A stretch of DNA of 64,000 nt from Chrysomallon squamiferum (GCA_012295275.1 CM022667.1:13702001-13766000), one strand, 5' to 3'; shown: positions 14,456 to 29,454, counted from the first letter of the stretch. A program made the numbers and translations. The notes: generated by a model not told the origin, from the letters alone.

Positions 14456-15335
14456 TTGGATTTTTGTCGATATATATATATATATATACTAACCAAATTA
14501 AAATCATGTGGTTTAGACTTATCTCCCTTAAGTGATATGTGTTCACGAGCCCAGATTAGAGTTAGGTCCCTTACGTGAGATGTATTCACTAAGGAAACAA
14601 ATTTTTTTTATCGATTTTCCAAAATACAGTTTCATACTTTATTTATTTGTTTACTTATTTATTTATTAAATGCTCTCTACTTAGCTTGTTGTTGTCATCC
14701 ATAAAAAAATCAGTAAATAAAATAATGTATTGTGTCAGTTGATAGAATGGGTTTTTAATATCAGCATTTATTATTTCTTTTGTATTTTATTAATATTCTA
14801 CTGTTTATTTCCAATTAAATTTTCTGGCACTTTTTAACTAATTCAATTTTGTTTCTTTTACTATTCAGTACCATATGTTTGTCTGTATATGTGTGTGTGT
14901 GTGTGTGTGTGTTTTGCACTTGCATGTTTGTCGATATATATACTAAGCAAATTAAAATCATGTGGATTAGACTGATCTCCCTTTAGTGATATGTGTTCAC
15001 GAGAGCAGATTAGAGTTAGGTCCCTTACGTGAGATGTATTCACTAAGCAAACACATTTTTTTATCGATTTTCCAAAATACAGTTTCATACTTTATTTATT
15101 TGTTTACTTATTTATTTATTAAATGCTCTCTACTTTGCTTGTTGTTGTTATCATAAAAAATTCAGTAAATAAAATAATGTATTGTGTCAGTTGATAGAAT
15201 GGGTTTTTAATATCAGCATTTATTATTTCTTTGGTATTTTATTAACATTCTGATGTATATTTACTATGAAATTTTCTGGCAATTTTTAACTAATTCAATT
15301 TTGTTTCTTTTACTATTCAGTATCATATGTTTCTC

Positions 15336-15366
<31 letters not shown>

Positions 15367-15817
15367 TTTGTGTGTATTTGCATGTTTATCGATATATATA
15401 TATATATATTTGTTTATATATATAGATACTAAGCAAAAATCATGTGGATTAGACTTATCTCCCTTAAGTGATATGTGTTCACGAGCCCAGATTAGAGTTA
15501 GGTCCCTTACGTGAGATGTATTCACAAAGCAAACACATTTTTTTTATCGATTTTCCAAAATACAGTTTCATACTTTATTTATTTGTTTACTTATTTATTT
15601 ATTAAATGCTCTCTACTTAGCTTGTTGTTGTTATCATAAAAAATCAGTAAATAAAATAATGTATTGTGTCAGTTGATAGAATGGGTTTTTAATATCAGCA
15701 TTTATTATTTCTTTGGTATTTTATTAACATTCTGATGTTTATTTACTATGAAATTTTCTGGCAATTTTTAACTAATTCAATTTTGTTTCTTTTACTATTC
15801 AGTACCATATGTTTCTC

Positions 15818-15852
<35 letters not shown>

Positions 15853-16724
15853 TGTGTATTTTTGTGTTTGTCGATATATATACTAAGCAAATTAAAATCA
15901 TGTGGATTAGACTGATCTCCCTTTAGTGATATGTGTTCGCGAGAGCAGATTAGAGTTAGGTCCCTTACGTGAGATGTATTCACTAAGCAAACACATTTTT
16001 TTTATCGATTTTCCAAAATACAGTTTCATACTTTATTTATTTGTTTACTTATTTATTTATTAAATGCTCTCTACTTTGCTTGTTGTTGTTATCATAAAAA
16101 ATTCAGTAAATAAAATAATGTATTGTGTCAGTTGATAGAATGGGTTTTTAATATCAGCATTTATTATTTCTTTTGTATTTTATTAACATTCTGATGTTTA
16201 TTTACTATGAAATTTTCTGGCAATTTTTAACTAATTCAATTTTGTTTCTTTTACTATTCAGTACCATATGTTTCTCTGTATATGTGTGTGTGTGTGTGTG
16301 TTTTGCACTTGCATGTTTGTCGATATATATACTAAGCAAATTAAAATCATGTGGATTAGACTGATCTCCCTTTAGTGATATGTGTTCGCGAGAGCAGATT
16401 AGAGTTAGGTCCCTTACGTGAGATGTATTCACTAAGCAAACACATTTTTTTATCGATTTTCCAAAATACAGTTTCATACTTTATTTATTTGTTTACTTAT
16501 TTATTTATTAAATGCTCTCTACTTTGCTTGTTGTTGTTATCATAAAAAATTCAGTAAATAAAATAATGTATTGTGTCAGTTGATAGAATGGGTTTTTAAT
16601 ATCAGCATTTATTATTTCTTTTGTATTTTATTAACATTCTGATGTTTATTTACTATGAAATTTTCTGGCAATTTTTAACTAATTCAATTTTGTTTCTTTT
16701 ACTATTCAGTACCAAATGTCTCTC

Positions 16725-16763
<39 letters not shown>

Positions 16764-17688
16764 TTGGATTTTTGTCGATATATATATATATATATACTAA
16801 CCAAATTAAAATCATGTGGTTTAGACTTATCTCCCTTAAGTGATATGTGTTCACGAGCCCAGATTAGAGTTAGGTCCCTTACGTGAGATGTATTCACTAA
16901 GGAAACACATTTTTTTATCGATTTTCCAAAATACAGTTTCATACTTTATTTATTTGTTTACTTATTTATTTATTAAATGCTCTCTACTTAGCTTGTTGTT
17001 GTCATCCATAAAAAAATCAGTAAATAAAATAATGTATTGTGTCAGTTGATAGAATGGGTTTTTAATATCAGCATTTATTATTTCTTTTGTATTTTATTAA
17101 TATTCTACTGTTTATTTCCAATTAAATTTTCTGGCACTTTTTAACTAATTCAATTTTGTTTCTTTTACTATTCAGTACCATATGTTTGTCTGTATATGTG
17201 TGTGTGTGTGTGTGTTTGCACTTGCATGTTTGTCGATATATATACTAAGCAAATTAAAATCATGTGGATTAGACTGATCTCCCTTTAGTGATATGTGTTC
17301 ACGAGAGCAGATTAGAGTTAGGTCCCTTACGTGAGATGTATTCACTAAGCAAACACTATTTTATCGATTTTCCAAAATACAGTTTCATACTTTATTTATT
17401 TGTTTACTTATTTATTTATTAAAAGCTCTCTACTTTGCTTGTTATTGTTATCATAAAAAATTCAGTAAATAAAATAATGTATTGTGTCAGTTGATAGAAT
17501 GGGTTTTTAATATCAGCATTTATTATTTCTTTGGTATTTTATTAACATTCTGATGTATATTTACTATGAAATTTTCTGGCAATTTTTAACTAATTCAATT
17601 TTGTTTCTTTTACTATTCAGTATCATATGTTTCTCTGTATATGTGTGCGTGTGTGTGCGTGTGTGTGTTTGTGTGTATTTGCATGTTT

Positions 17689-17725
<37 letters not shown>

Positions 17726-18120
17726 TACTAAGCAAATTAAAATCATGTGGATTAGACTGATCTCCCTTTAGTGATATGTGTTCACGAGAGCAGATTAGAG
17801 TTAGGTCCCTTACGTGAGATGTATTCACTAAGCAAACACATTTTTTTATCGATTTTCCAAAATACAGTTTCATACTTTATTTATTTGTTTACTTATTTAT
17901 TTATTAAATGCTCTCTACTTTGCTTGTTGTTGTTATCATAAAAAATTCAGTAAATAAAATAATGTATTGTGTCAGTTGATAGAATGGGTTTTTAATATCA
18001 GCATTTATTATTTCTTTTGTATTTTATTAACATTCTGATGTTTATTTACTATGAAATTTTCTGGCAATTTTTAACTAATTCAATTTTGTTTCTTTTACTA
18101 TTCAGTACCATATGTTTCTC

Positions 18121-18160
<40 letters not shown>

Positions 18161-18579
18161 TGTTGCATGTTTGTCGATATATATACTAAGCAAATTAAAA
18201 TCATGTGGATTAGACTGATCTCCCTTTAGTGATATGTGTTCGCGAGAGCAGATTAGAGTTAGGTCCCTTACGTGAGATGTATTCACTAAGCAAACACATT
18301 TTTTTTATCGATTTTCCAAAATACAGTTTCATACTTTATTTATTTGTTTACTTATTTATTTATTAAATGCTCTCTACTTTGCTTGTTGTTGTTATCATAA
18401 AAAATTCAGTAAATAAAATAATGTATTGTGTCAGTTGATAGAATGGGTTTTTAATATCAGCATTTATTATTTCTTTTGTATTTTATTAACATTCTGATGT
18501 TTATTTACTATGAAATTTTCTGGCAATTTTTAACTAATTCAATTTTGTTTCTTTTACTATTCAGTACCATATGTCTCTC

Positions 18580-18619
<40 letters not shown>

Positions 18620-19545
18620 GCATGTTTGTCGATATATATATATATATACTAACCAAATTAAAATCATGTGGATTAGACTTATCTCCCTTAAGTGATATGT
18701 GTTCACGAGCCCAGATTAGAGTTAGGTCCCTTACGTGAGATGTATTCACTAAGCAAACAATTTTTTTTTATCGATTTTCCAAAATACAGTTTCATACTTT
18801 ATTTATTTGTTTACTTATTTATTTATTCTATCCTCTCTACTTTGCTTGTTGATGTTATCATAAACAAATTCAGTAAATAAAATAATGTATTGTGTCAGTT
18901 GATAGAATGGGTTTTTAATATCAGCATTTATTATTTCTTTTGTATTTTATTAATTTTCTGCTCTTTATTTACTATGAAATTTTCTGGCAATTTTTAACTA
19001 ATTCAATTTTGTTTCTTTTACTATTCAGTACCATATGTTTCTCTGTATATGTGTGTGTGTGTGTGTGTGTGTATTTGCATGTTTGTCGATATATATATAT
19101 ATATATATACTAAGCAAATTAAAATCATGTGGATTAGACTTATCTCCCTTAAGTGATATGTGTTCACGAGCCCAGATTAGAGTTAGGTCCCTTACGTGAG
19201 ATGTATTCACTAAGCAAACAAATTTTTTTTATCGATTTTCCAAAATACAGTTTCATACTTTATTTATTTGTTTACTTATTTATTTATTAAATGCTCTCTA
19301 CTTTGCTTGTTGTTGTTATCCATAAAAAATTCAGTAAATAAAATAATGTATTGTGTCAGTTGATAGAATGGGTTTTTAATATCAGCATTTATTATTTCTT
19401 TGGTATTTTATTAACATTCTGATGTATATTTACTATGAAATTTTCTGGCAATTTTTAACTAATTCAATTTTGTTTCTTTTACTATTCAGTACCATATGTT
19501 TCTCTGTATATGTGTGTGTGTGTGTGTGTGTGTATTTGCATGTTT

Positions 19546-19605
<60 letters not shown>

Positions 19606-19995
19606 TAAGCAAATTAAAATCATGTGGATTAGACTTATCTCCCTTAAGTGATATGTGTTCACGAGCCCAGATTAGAGTTAGGTCCCTTACGTGAGATGTA
19701 TTCACAAAGCAAACACATTTTTTTTATCGATTTTCCAAAATACAGTTTCATACTTTATTTATTTGTTTACCTATTTATTTATTCTCTCCTCTCTACTTTG
19801 CATGTTGTTCTTATCATAAAAAAATTCAGAAAATAAAATAATATATTGTGTCAGTTGATAGAATGGGTTTTTAATATCAGTATTTATTATTTCTTTGGTA
19901 TTTTATTAATATTCTGATGTTTATTTACTATGAAATTTTATGGGTATTTTTAACTAATTCAATTTTGTTTCTTTTACTGTTCAGTACCATATGTT
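14155..19995. repeat. Tandem array of ~460-bp units (12 cores plus a partial unit) with internal (TG)n and (TA)n
   Basis: Anchor GGTCCCTTACGTGAG at 14565, 15019, 15501, 15959, 16408, 16873, 17321, 17804, 18262, 18725, 19186, 19681. Period 448-495 bp, varying mainly with microsatellite length. Confidence 0.97.
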
Positions 19996-20047
19996 TCTTT
20001 GTATGTGTACATGTATATGCACAACAAAAACAACAGTTTTAACCACA

Positions 20048-20097
<50 letters not shown>

Positions 20098-20529
20098 TAT
20101 AATAATAATAATTATAATAATAATAATTATAATAATAATGGATTTTCGTCTTCCCCATAGGTATGAGATTTTAAAGCTGCACAAAAAACAATATTATAAA
20201 TTGTGACACTAATAATTTCTTGGAGTTATTATTTCTAAGGAAATTTAATCTATCAAATCCGATTGTTATCAAGTTTATATTTATTATCTTCCTTATGCTC
20301 GCTGTTGCTCTTTAGGGCCTGACATGTGAATCATCTTAAGAGATTTTTACTGCTACTGATTCTGCTGCTACAATCCCTACCGCTACGAGTACTACCACTA
20401 CGACTACTACTACTACTGTTACCATTATTATTACTAACAGTAGTACTACTCATCTTACAATTACTACTATTCATACTACTACTATTACTACTACTATGAA
20501 AATAACTAAACAAAAGCTGTAACCCGAAC

Positions 20530-21085
20530 ACTACAAATTGTGATATTTGTACAAAGACCACAATTTTTCATTGTCTGCATGGAAAAATTGGGTCATGAAC
20601 ATATAGCAATGTACAATCACAGGCTTCCCTGGAAATATATTAGCAATCCTGAAGCAAAAACATCGGAAATGATTACTATAAAGACCATTTTTTTCTTGGC
20701 AGACGTCGAAATCTTTTATTGTCAATATCTCAAAAGTACATCAGCTGATATTTTAAAGTATTTTTATCGTTTAGAATTTTTCTGAACTAATTTGTCTGCA
20801 ATTAGACCAGTAATATATTCATTCACTGTGTTTACCTGTGATATTACTCATCCCAGGAATGACTAAAACAGAACATAGATCAAACCAGAAAAAAAAAATA
20901 ATAATAATAATTTATGAAAGAGTTAACCCGGCAAAGACAACACTAAAGATGACAAATCCCATAGCAACGAACAAGCAACCACCTGTGGAAGACAGACTTC
21001 AGATGACAGTACACAGAAGCAGATCCTGAACCACATTACCAGTCCGGAAGACCAGGAACAAGCACCGACAGTTTGATATGCTGCC
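20530..21085 (+). mobile_element. Highly decayed Ty3/gypsy-like integrase remnant
   Basis: In order across frameshifts: NCDICTK (CxxC), LPWKYIS (PW motif), LKSTSADILK, a degenerate match to the FxRxGxPExIxSDNGP region, and a terminal SGRP...AP..FDM resembling the TRSGRxxxxPxRF pol tail. Confidence 0.45.
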
Positions 21086-21780
21086 GGTCACATCAAACTA
21101 TCTTATAGCTATAGATGTTGAATAAAACTGTAAATCTATAATTAAATTTGAAAAATATATTGATTTCGTATAATTCCAGAATTGTTTTTTTTTTATCATT
21201 CAGCGCTCCGCATGAACTTACCGAACATAAATATTACATTGAAAGTCGATAGTTTTCCTGTTGTCATTCGCCTGGTATTGAATAAACATAAGTGTTCATC
21301 AGAATCCTGATACTTTTCGAATTAACAGGTATACAAAACGAAACAGAAATCTAGCTTTCATAAAGCCCGCATAATTGTAACGCTCTACATTTTCTAGAAT
21401 GTTGTGTTAAAAAGCAATCAACGATGTTCATAATACTAAGCAGCAGACAATAATATAGTTAACCTTCAGATAGACAGTCGTGTTCAGTACAGTGAATAGG
21501 TTATTAACAACAGTTAAACTGTATCATCCCCAGAGAGACGGTTCAGTAATTTATTAATGAAACTACATTCTGCAAAACTTTAGTTCTTTTACTGTTGTTC
21601 TTCTTGCAACGCCTGGCATTGTGAATGAATGTGAATAAAGAGTGAATGAATGTGAAATAAATTTATACTGAATAACAGAATGAATAATAAATATAAAGAC
21701 AGACAAATATATATATATATACACACACATACATACATACATTCATACATGTATCTGTGTGTGTTCATATATATATATAT

Positions 21781-21833
<53 letters not shown>

Positions 21834-22135
21834 GTAATCAGGCAGAGAGATTTAATGCCATTTTATATCAGAAGCACATTATCGTTATTAGCAGAGTTGT
21901 TTTGTTTTTGTTCTTCTTTTTTGTTTTTAATTTTTTTCTAATTGTCATTTTTTTTTATATTTTACTTGTTTTATTTTATATCTTTGTTTTATTTTATTTT
22001 ATTTATTTATTTATTTATTTTATGTTTGTGTGTGTTTTGTTGTTACTTTGTTATATTTTGCTTCTTTTATTTATTTATGTTTCTTCTTTTAACTTTTTTC
22101 TTTGTACCTTATACTTTTTGTTATTGTTATTATTA

Positions 22136-22214
<79 letters not shown>

Positions 22215-22566
22215 TATTGATTTGTTTGTTTTGTTCTGTATTTATTTGTTGAATTTTTAATGAATACATTTATTAACCTTCGACTCTACCTGATAATTAA
22301 TGAAGGTAAATAGAAAACAAACTATTACAGTAAAAGTTGACTATCGTGACTAATATTATAGTAATTATGATAATGAATAATTTTTTCTTATATAGTATTG
22401 CTGTCGAAGCCCATAGAAAATGTAAAATAAACAAATAAACAGAAGAAAAATTAATTATGATAATTGTTGTTAATGATGATACTCAGAAACCACATTTTTC
22501 TAGTATATAAGCATTAGCATTGATGATGATGACGATGATGACAATAATGGTAATCACAACAACAGG

Positions 22567-22655
<89 letters not shown>

Positions 22656-23160
22656 TCAGTGTCGTGAGGGATTATGTTTTGTTAGAAAATATTAATCAAT
22701 CCTTTCAAAACCAACCAACATTTTTATTATATCACAAAGCTCTACTGAAATGTCTACACTTAAAAACCAAGAAAGATTACAACTTGTTACTAATTATGTT
22801 TTTACAATATATTTAATCGTCTTTCTTATATAAACACATTTATATTTAATACAGCGATCTTTATTTGCATTATAAAATATTTCATTGATTTTTCGTCAGT
22901 AATACAAAAAAAAGAAAAACATGGTATAGTATGCCAGAGTTCAAAAATTAATGTTCTTTATCATCAGGTATTTGATAACATTCTCATTAATACAAGCAGG
23001 ACACATTGTCTCAAATCGTGGGCTGCTCTATTCGAACTTGCTTCTACTGGAAAGATAATCAAAAATCAATATTCAGTCCGAACCAAATACAGATACTCAC
23101 TGCGTAGTACAAATTATTACACCGGACAGTTTGGTTGAAATTCTTTCATACTTGCGAGAG

Positions 23161-23394
23161 ATGGATTATTCACGATTTATTTTGCTTGTAACGTCTGTAA
23201 TCTGTTGCCATGGTAACGAGAGGTAGGTAATATCTGTTTTTATATATTGTGAACTGTATCCGAAGTCAGAGATAAAACTGACAACGAATATAATTCTTTG
23301 AAACGAAATAGAAATTTAATTCTATTTTGAATTTTTTTCAATAAAGACCGAGATGGTGATAATGTAACCAAACTAATCTATCTTTACTGATTCA

Positions 23395-23492
<98 letters not shown>

Positions 23493-24188
23493 CACAGGTG
23501 CAACACGACAATAAAATGGATAAAAATTCCTGATTTTGATGATGTTCAGATAAACCAGGCTCTCATATCTTCTGCTGAAAGAATTACATCGCAAGGCTTT
23601 TGTGGGATACGATGCTTACATACATCTTCCTGTATTTGGTTTTCGTACAACGTGTATGGAATTTGTCGTCTGCTTTATTTGAGATTTATGAATACGGGCA
23701 GCTTTTCAGCTTCACCTGGCTGGACGCACTTTTACCTGAGTGCAGGTACAAATACACACACACACACACACACATACATATTTTTAAAAATACTTTAAAT
23801 TACTTAAACCCATACACGCAGAAAGATAGTAACAATAATTTTAATATATATATATATATTTATAGAATTGTAAAAAAAAGTTCTAAAACTATCCTTGTAA
23901 CAAAAATTAATCGTGATATAACTTTACTACAGTATTATTCTTAATTCTAAAAATGAATTATAATTTTAAAAACTTTTAGAAATTGTTATAATTTCCTGGC
24001 AGGTTCCTGTCCAGTGGAAGATGGGTTTGTTTATCTGGACAAACTGAATCTCTGTTTCAAAGTGTTCAGCGATCAGAAAGTATTTTCTGAAGCACGTGAC
24101 GCCTGCAGTCAGATAGGATCAAGACTGATTGTACTGGACACAGAAGAGAAAAACACAGCTGTTGGTGACTACATTCAAGCAAACATAG
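23161..24188 (+). CDS. PAN-CTL copy E: intact exons 1-3, exon 4 missing downstream
   Basis: Exons 23161-23222 (MDYSRFILLVTSVICCHGNER), 23498-23745 (PAN, open), 24003-24188 (SCPVEDGFVYLDKLNLCFKVFSDQKVFSEARDACSQIGSRLIVLD, open), with GT-AG and consistent phases. Intron 3 runs into the opposite-strand copy F. Confidence 0.85.
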
Positions 24189-24358
24189 GTAGGAACATAA
24201 ATATTGATTTAAAACAACAACTACACTAATATACAACTATTTGATTTACTTGACAATAAAAACTTCGGTGAAAAATACGATAATTTTCACCGGATGTAAC
24301 TAAATAACTTATCATTACATTGTTATTATTATTTTTGTTGTTGTTGTTGCTGGTTGTA

Positions 24359-24411
<53 letters not shown>

Positions 24412-24597
24412 GCTGTTGTTGTTGTTTTTGTCGTGGTTGATATTTCTAGTAGTAGTAACAGTAGCCGTGGTCATGGTTGTATCGGTAGTTGTAGGATGAG
24501 GCTGGTGGTGGATGTAGTAGAATTAGTAGTTTTCTTCTAGTAAATAATAATAATATCAGTGAGGATCACGACGATGATGATGATAATAATAATAATA

Positions 24598-24656
<59 letters not shown>

Positions 24657-24748
24657 TATGATGATTATGATAGTGATGAAAACAATGCAAGCGATATTGA
24701 CGACGATAATAATAATAGTGATGACGATTATGAAGGAAACCAATTTAC

Positions 24749-25415
24749 CTATGTGTGCAACGATGTAGTCACCAACAGCCGTATTTTTCTCTTCTGAGTC
24801 CAGTACAATCAGTCTTGAACCTATCTGACTGCAGGTGCCACGTGCTTGAGAAAATGTTTTCTTATCCACAAAAGCCTTCATATACAGATGCACTTCGTCC
24901 AAGTACACAAACCCGTCTTCTACTGGACATGAACCTGTGAGAATAAAACAGTTAATTTCTTTCTTTCACATGTCTTATAGAAAATTTGAAAATGATTTCT
25001 TCATTACAAATGCTTCTAAACAACTGATAGATTTATTATTATGATTATTATAGAAAATTACATTTATAAAGATGTAGGCAACTAATAAGTAAATAAAGTC
25101 TTAAAGATAGACAGACAGAAATAAAGAAACAAAGAAATAATTAATTAATTAATAAAACCTAGGTTACCTGCACTGAGGTAGAAGTAGTTCCAGCCAGGTG
25201 ATTTAGAGTAACTGTTGTAATCTGAAAATCTCACTGAATGGAGTCGACAAACACCACGCACATTGTATGAAAACGATTTACAGAGAGAGTTACCTGCACA
25301 TCGTATCCCACAAAACGCTGCGCTTATAAATCCAGCTGGAGAAGTTATGAGCCCATCGTTTACATCGACATCGTTAAAATTTACATTTCTAATCCAGATA
25401 GATGGAGGGCTGCAC
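24749..25415 (-). pseudogene. PAN-CTL copy F: open exons 2-3 only
   Basis: Exon 2 25415-25168 (248 nt; FCGIRCAGNSLCKSFSYNVRGVCRLH) and exon 3 24934-24749 (186 nt) are open with intact splice sites. No exon 1 or exon 4 seen adjacent. Confidence 0.8.
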
Positions 25416-25446
25416 CTACAATAATAAAACATCTACTAAGAAAGAA

Positions 25447-25519
<73 letters not shown>

Positions 25520-28198
25520 TTCGAAAAGCACATGTATTTTTATAATCAAAACATACATTGATGCTCTGATTTTAACAACACGTGTTTTTCTCTAAGTTAA
25601 TAATACGCTGTTTGTAGCCGAAAGCCTTTCTCAAAAATAAAATAAAATAATAATAATAAATTAAAAACAAAAGAAGGAAAGAAAGAACAAAACAAGGAAT
25701 TTCCCGCCTTACCAAATTTAAAATAAGCAAACCAATGTACACTGCCACAGTGAAATTAAAATACAGAATTGATTGATTTAACACAAATGATATGATCTCT
25801 CCATTTTGATAAGTTTTTCAAGCGAAATTGTCTTCATACAGTTTTAGGTGACTTTTTAAATCAGAGTTAGCTGTGAAACAAAAATAAATCGTAGCAAAGG
25901 GAAGATGTGTACATTAAGATTACCCAATTTTTTTTATTTATTGCGGAGTCAAAGCAAGAAATCAGAGGAAAATTCCAAGAAAGTCTTATTAGTTTATAAA
26001 CGCATCTTGAAGAATACCTATTAAAATTCATAACAATCTATTAAAATGAGAACGGTTTTCATCTTAGCTGCTAACTTTTCTATAACTGTCAGTTCACCTT
26101 AATATATATCACAAACTCCGTGAAACTTAGGCTAATTATCAGTATCAAATATGAGTCCTAATAACATCTAAATAAAAAAAAACTCTTAGAAACTTAATTT
26201 AAATAGAACGTGGTATTATACTCAAAGAAAGGTGTAGAAGTAACGACTAAAAATGTCAATTGAAGTGCTTTATACTCCAGTAAATTTAGTTTAATTTTTG
26301 ATGACTAGGTTCAAGACTATTTGATTGTAACTGATAATCAATAAATGAATGTACGAAACAGATCCCTAGGATAGGAAATGACATCGACTAAAAGAACATC
26401 AGCATCAGGGACAACAAAAGCAACAACTCCAATAGGAACAGCTTCTTTGCCATGATAATGATAATGTTGACTCAATACATTTTTTATACAGTATATGGTA
26501 CTGTTATAACTACAGATATTTTAATAAACAACAGAGCAAGTCATCATTATTCAAAGTTTATGCTTGAAATGTAATTTTTAATCATTCAGAGAGAGGTGTA
26601 AATGTATACAAAATCAATGAATCAATGTAAACCGATATTTGGTATGTTTGGTTTGACAGCAGTCAGTTGCCTCAAATATGATTCTATTATTTTATTTCAT
26701 GTTTTTGTTTGTTTCTTTTTGAGGAGTTTTATTTTTAATTATTATTCTTCTGTTTTACTTCCTTTATTGTTAGTTCTTCTCTCAACACATCTTTTTTTTT
26801 TTTTTTGGCATGTTTGTTGTTGTTTTTCTGTTTTCTTTCTAGTGAAAATTCAGAAATTTACTATTTTTTTGTATATACTTTTATTTTTGTATAAGAAAAT
26901 ATAATTTTTCCTTTAACTATGTATGATTAGTACCAGTACTATTCCTATTAGTTGTAGTAGTAGTTGTTGTTGTTTGAACTGTTGTGATGATTGTTGAAGA
27001 AGAAAGATCTCATTGGAGGACTTCTGAGAACATTTCTAATAGAATTTTTATTTTGTAGCCCTTGTTTTGTTTTGTTGTTATTTATTTTTATTTTAAAAAA
27101 TATATTTATTCTTTATTAACGATTTCAAAGTTTAATTAGACTTATTTTAATTGTGCTTAACCTTCCTTCTTTAAATGTTTGATTTAATTATAAAATGATC
27201 TAAACAAGTGCTGATTATTTCCTACTTAAGATCGGGTTACGGTTAAAGTAATCGGAAGTAACTGACAACGTTACAAGGAATTTACTTACATTTCTTGCTT
27301 TGTTTATGTTAACATGTTTTTAGTAAAACAGAAACACTGAACATTTTGTTTATTTATTTATTTATTATTATTTTTTTAAAGGATTTATTTCTTAATTATT
27401 ACATTTTTGTTTTATTTCCTTTGTTATTGTTGGGTTTTTATTCTTTTTTTTTTTCTTTTCTTGTTTGTTTGTTTGTATTTATTTTCATGTTGGTTGATTC
27501 TGCTTTATTTATTTTAATTTAATTTTCTTTAGTATGGCTTGTTTCAGTTATTGTTCTGGTTGCTGCTCTTCTTTTCTTTACCTCTGACGATATATAAATG
27601 AATTTAACTCGAAAATCCAAAAGTTTCCTCGATGACTGCGTATGTAAATACATTTTATATAATTCTTATTTCCTACTAGAAGTTAAATTAGATTTATTTT
27701 AGTTCTGAGTAACTTTCCCTGATTAAATGTATTACTCAATGATAAAATGATTGAAACAAATTCAGATTATTCCCTACTAAAGACATGGTTACATTTAGAC
27801 TGACAAGAAGTAACTGACTGCTTTGCATGCAGTTTAGTTAAATTTCTTGCTTTCGTTATGTTGACATTCTTTTAGTAGAGGAGACCTATTTAAAATTTAA
27901 TTAATTAATTGTTGCTTTTGAACTACAGCGATTCCTGCTCTAAATGATTCATTCATGAAATGCTATTGACAGTGAGGCGAGCAAAACATGATGAAGGAAT
28001 GCATAACTCTGTTTCAGGCAACTACAATAATTTAATCAACGTCATCTGAATATCAGGATTAACACAATAATCACCATTATCGTCAGAATTTATAAATTAC
28101 TGATTCATTAGAGAGTAGAATGATAAAATGAATGAACTGATTTTGTCAGTTTCATTTGTAACAGAATCAGATATATATATGTTGACACTACAGAAAAA

Positions 28199-29363
28199 TC
28201 ACATTGATTTCTCACAAATGAAATTTCCTTTTACAGTACAGTCAAAATCATGCCATGTGTTCACCCAAAAATATAACATAACACAGTCTTCGTTAGAAAC
28301 ACCGACGTTAGGTTGATTTACTCCCCAGCTGAAAAACACTGCCTGAACTCCGTTCTCCCAAACATACACGTCTTCTGTATCCAAGTCAGTCAGTCCGATG
28401 TACAAATAGTTATCTGTGTCTGAATAATAATAAAAATAATAGTAATAATAACAATACCAATAACAACAACAACAATGAAAACAAAAACAACAATGAAAAC
28501 AATATAAAGCTAATGCATATTTGACCTAGACCACACAGATGAAGACGGTAGGTACTGATGAAGACGTTTTTCTTCTTCTCCTTTTTCATTTTTCTTTCTT
28601 TTTAATTATTTTTTAATTAATTGTCTATCAGCAGTGGTAGTTATATGTACGTATATATTCCTACCTATGTTTCCTTGGATGTAGTCACCAACAGCTGTGT
28701 TTTTCTCTTCTGTGTCCAGTACAATCAGTTTTGAACCTATCTGACTGCAGGCGCCACGTGCTTCAGTAAAATTTTTCTTATCACTGAACACTTTGAAACA
28801 TAGATTCAGTTTGTCCAGATAAACAAACCCATCTCCCACTGGACAGGAACCTGCCAGGAAATGATAATAATTTCTAAAAAGTTTTTAAAATTATAATTTG
28901 TTTTCAGAATTAAGAATAATACTTATAGTAAAGTCATATATGGATTAATTTCTGTTGAAAGAGTAGTTCTAGAAATTTCTTTTCTATCCTACAAATATAT
29001 TTACAATATATATATATTTTTAAATTATTATTACTGTCTGTGTGTGTGTTTTGATGATTTTAAGTACATTTTTTTAAATATTTGTCTGTATGTGCATGTG
29101 TCTGTACATTTCTACCTGCACTCAGGTAAAAGTGCGTCCAGCCAGGTGAAGCTGAAAAGCTGCCCGTATTCATAAATCTCAAATAATGCAGACGACAAGT
29201 TCCATACACGTTGTACGAAAACCAAACACAGGAAGAGTTATCTGCGCATCGTATCCCACAATGCCCTCGTGATGTAATTCTTTCAGCAGAAGATATGAGA
29301 GCCTTGGTTATCTCAATATTTTCAAAATTATGATTTTTTATCCATATCATTATCGTGTTGCAC
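28199..29363 (-). CDS. PAN-CTL copy G: intact exons 2-4, exon 1 not found
   Basis: Exons 29363-29116 (PAN; HCGIRCADNSSCVWFSYNVYGTCRLH), 28850-28665, 28419-28199 (LYIGLTD...WENG...WGVNQPN..EDC...WHDFDC..NFICEKSM*). All open and phase-consistent. Confidence 0.88.
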
Positions 29364-29368
29364 CTGTG

Positions 29369-29449
<81 letters not shown>

Positions 29450-29454
29450 TTATT

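Noticed and set aside
14960-15020. U8 (GCAGATTAGA) or H/ACA (hairpin + ACA) reading of the repeat core
   Set aside because: No box C/D for U8 and no properly placed H box (ANANNA).
14315-19836. Repeated NTSHVRDLTLI ORFs, or a CRISPR-like reading of the array
   Set aside because: Frames are broken by variable microsatellites, spacers are not unique, and the context is eukaryotic with no cas genes.
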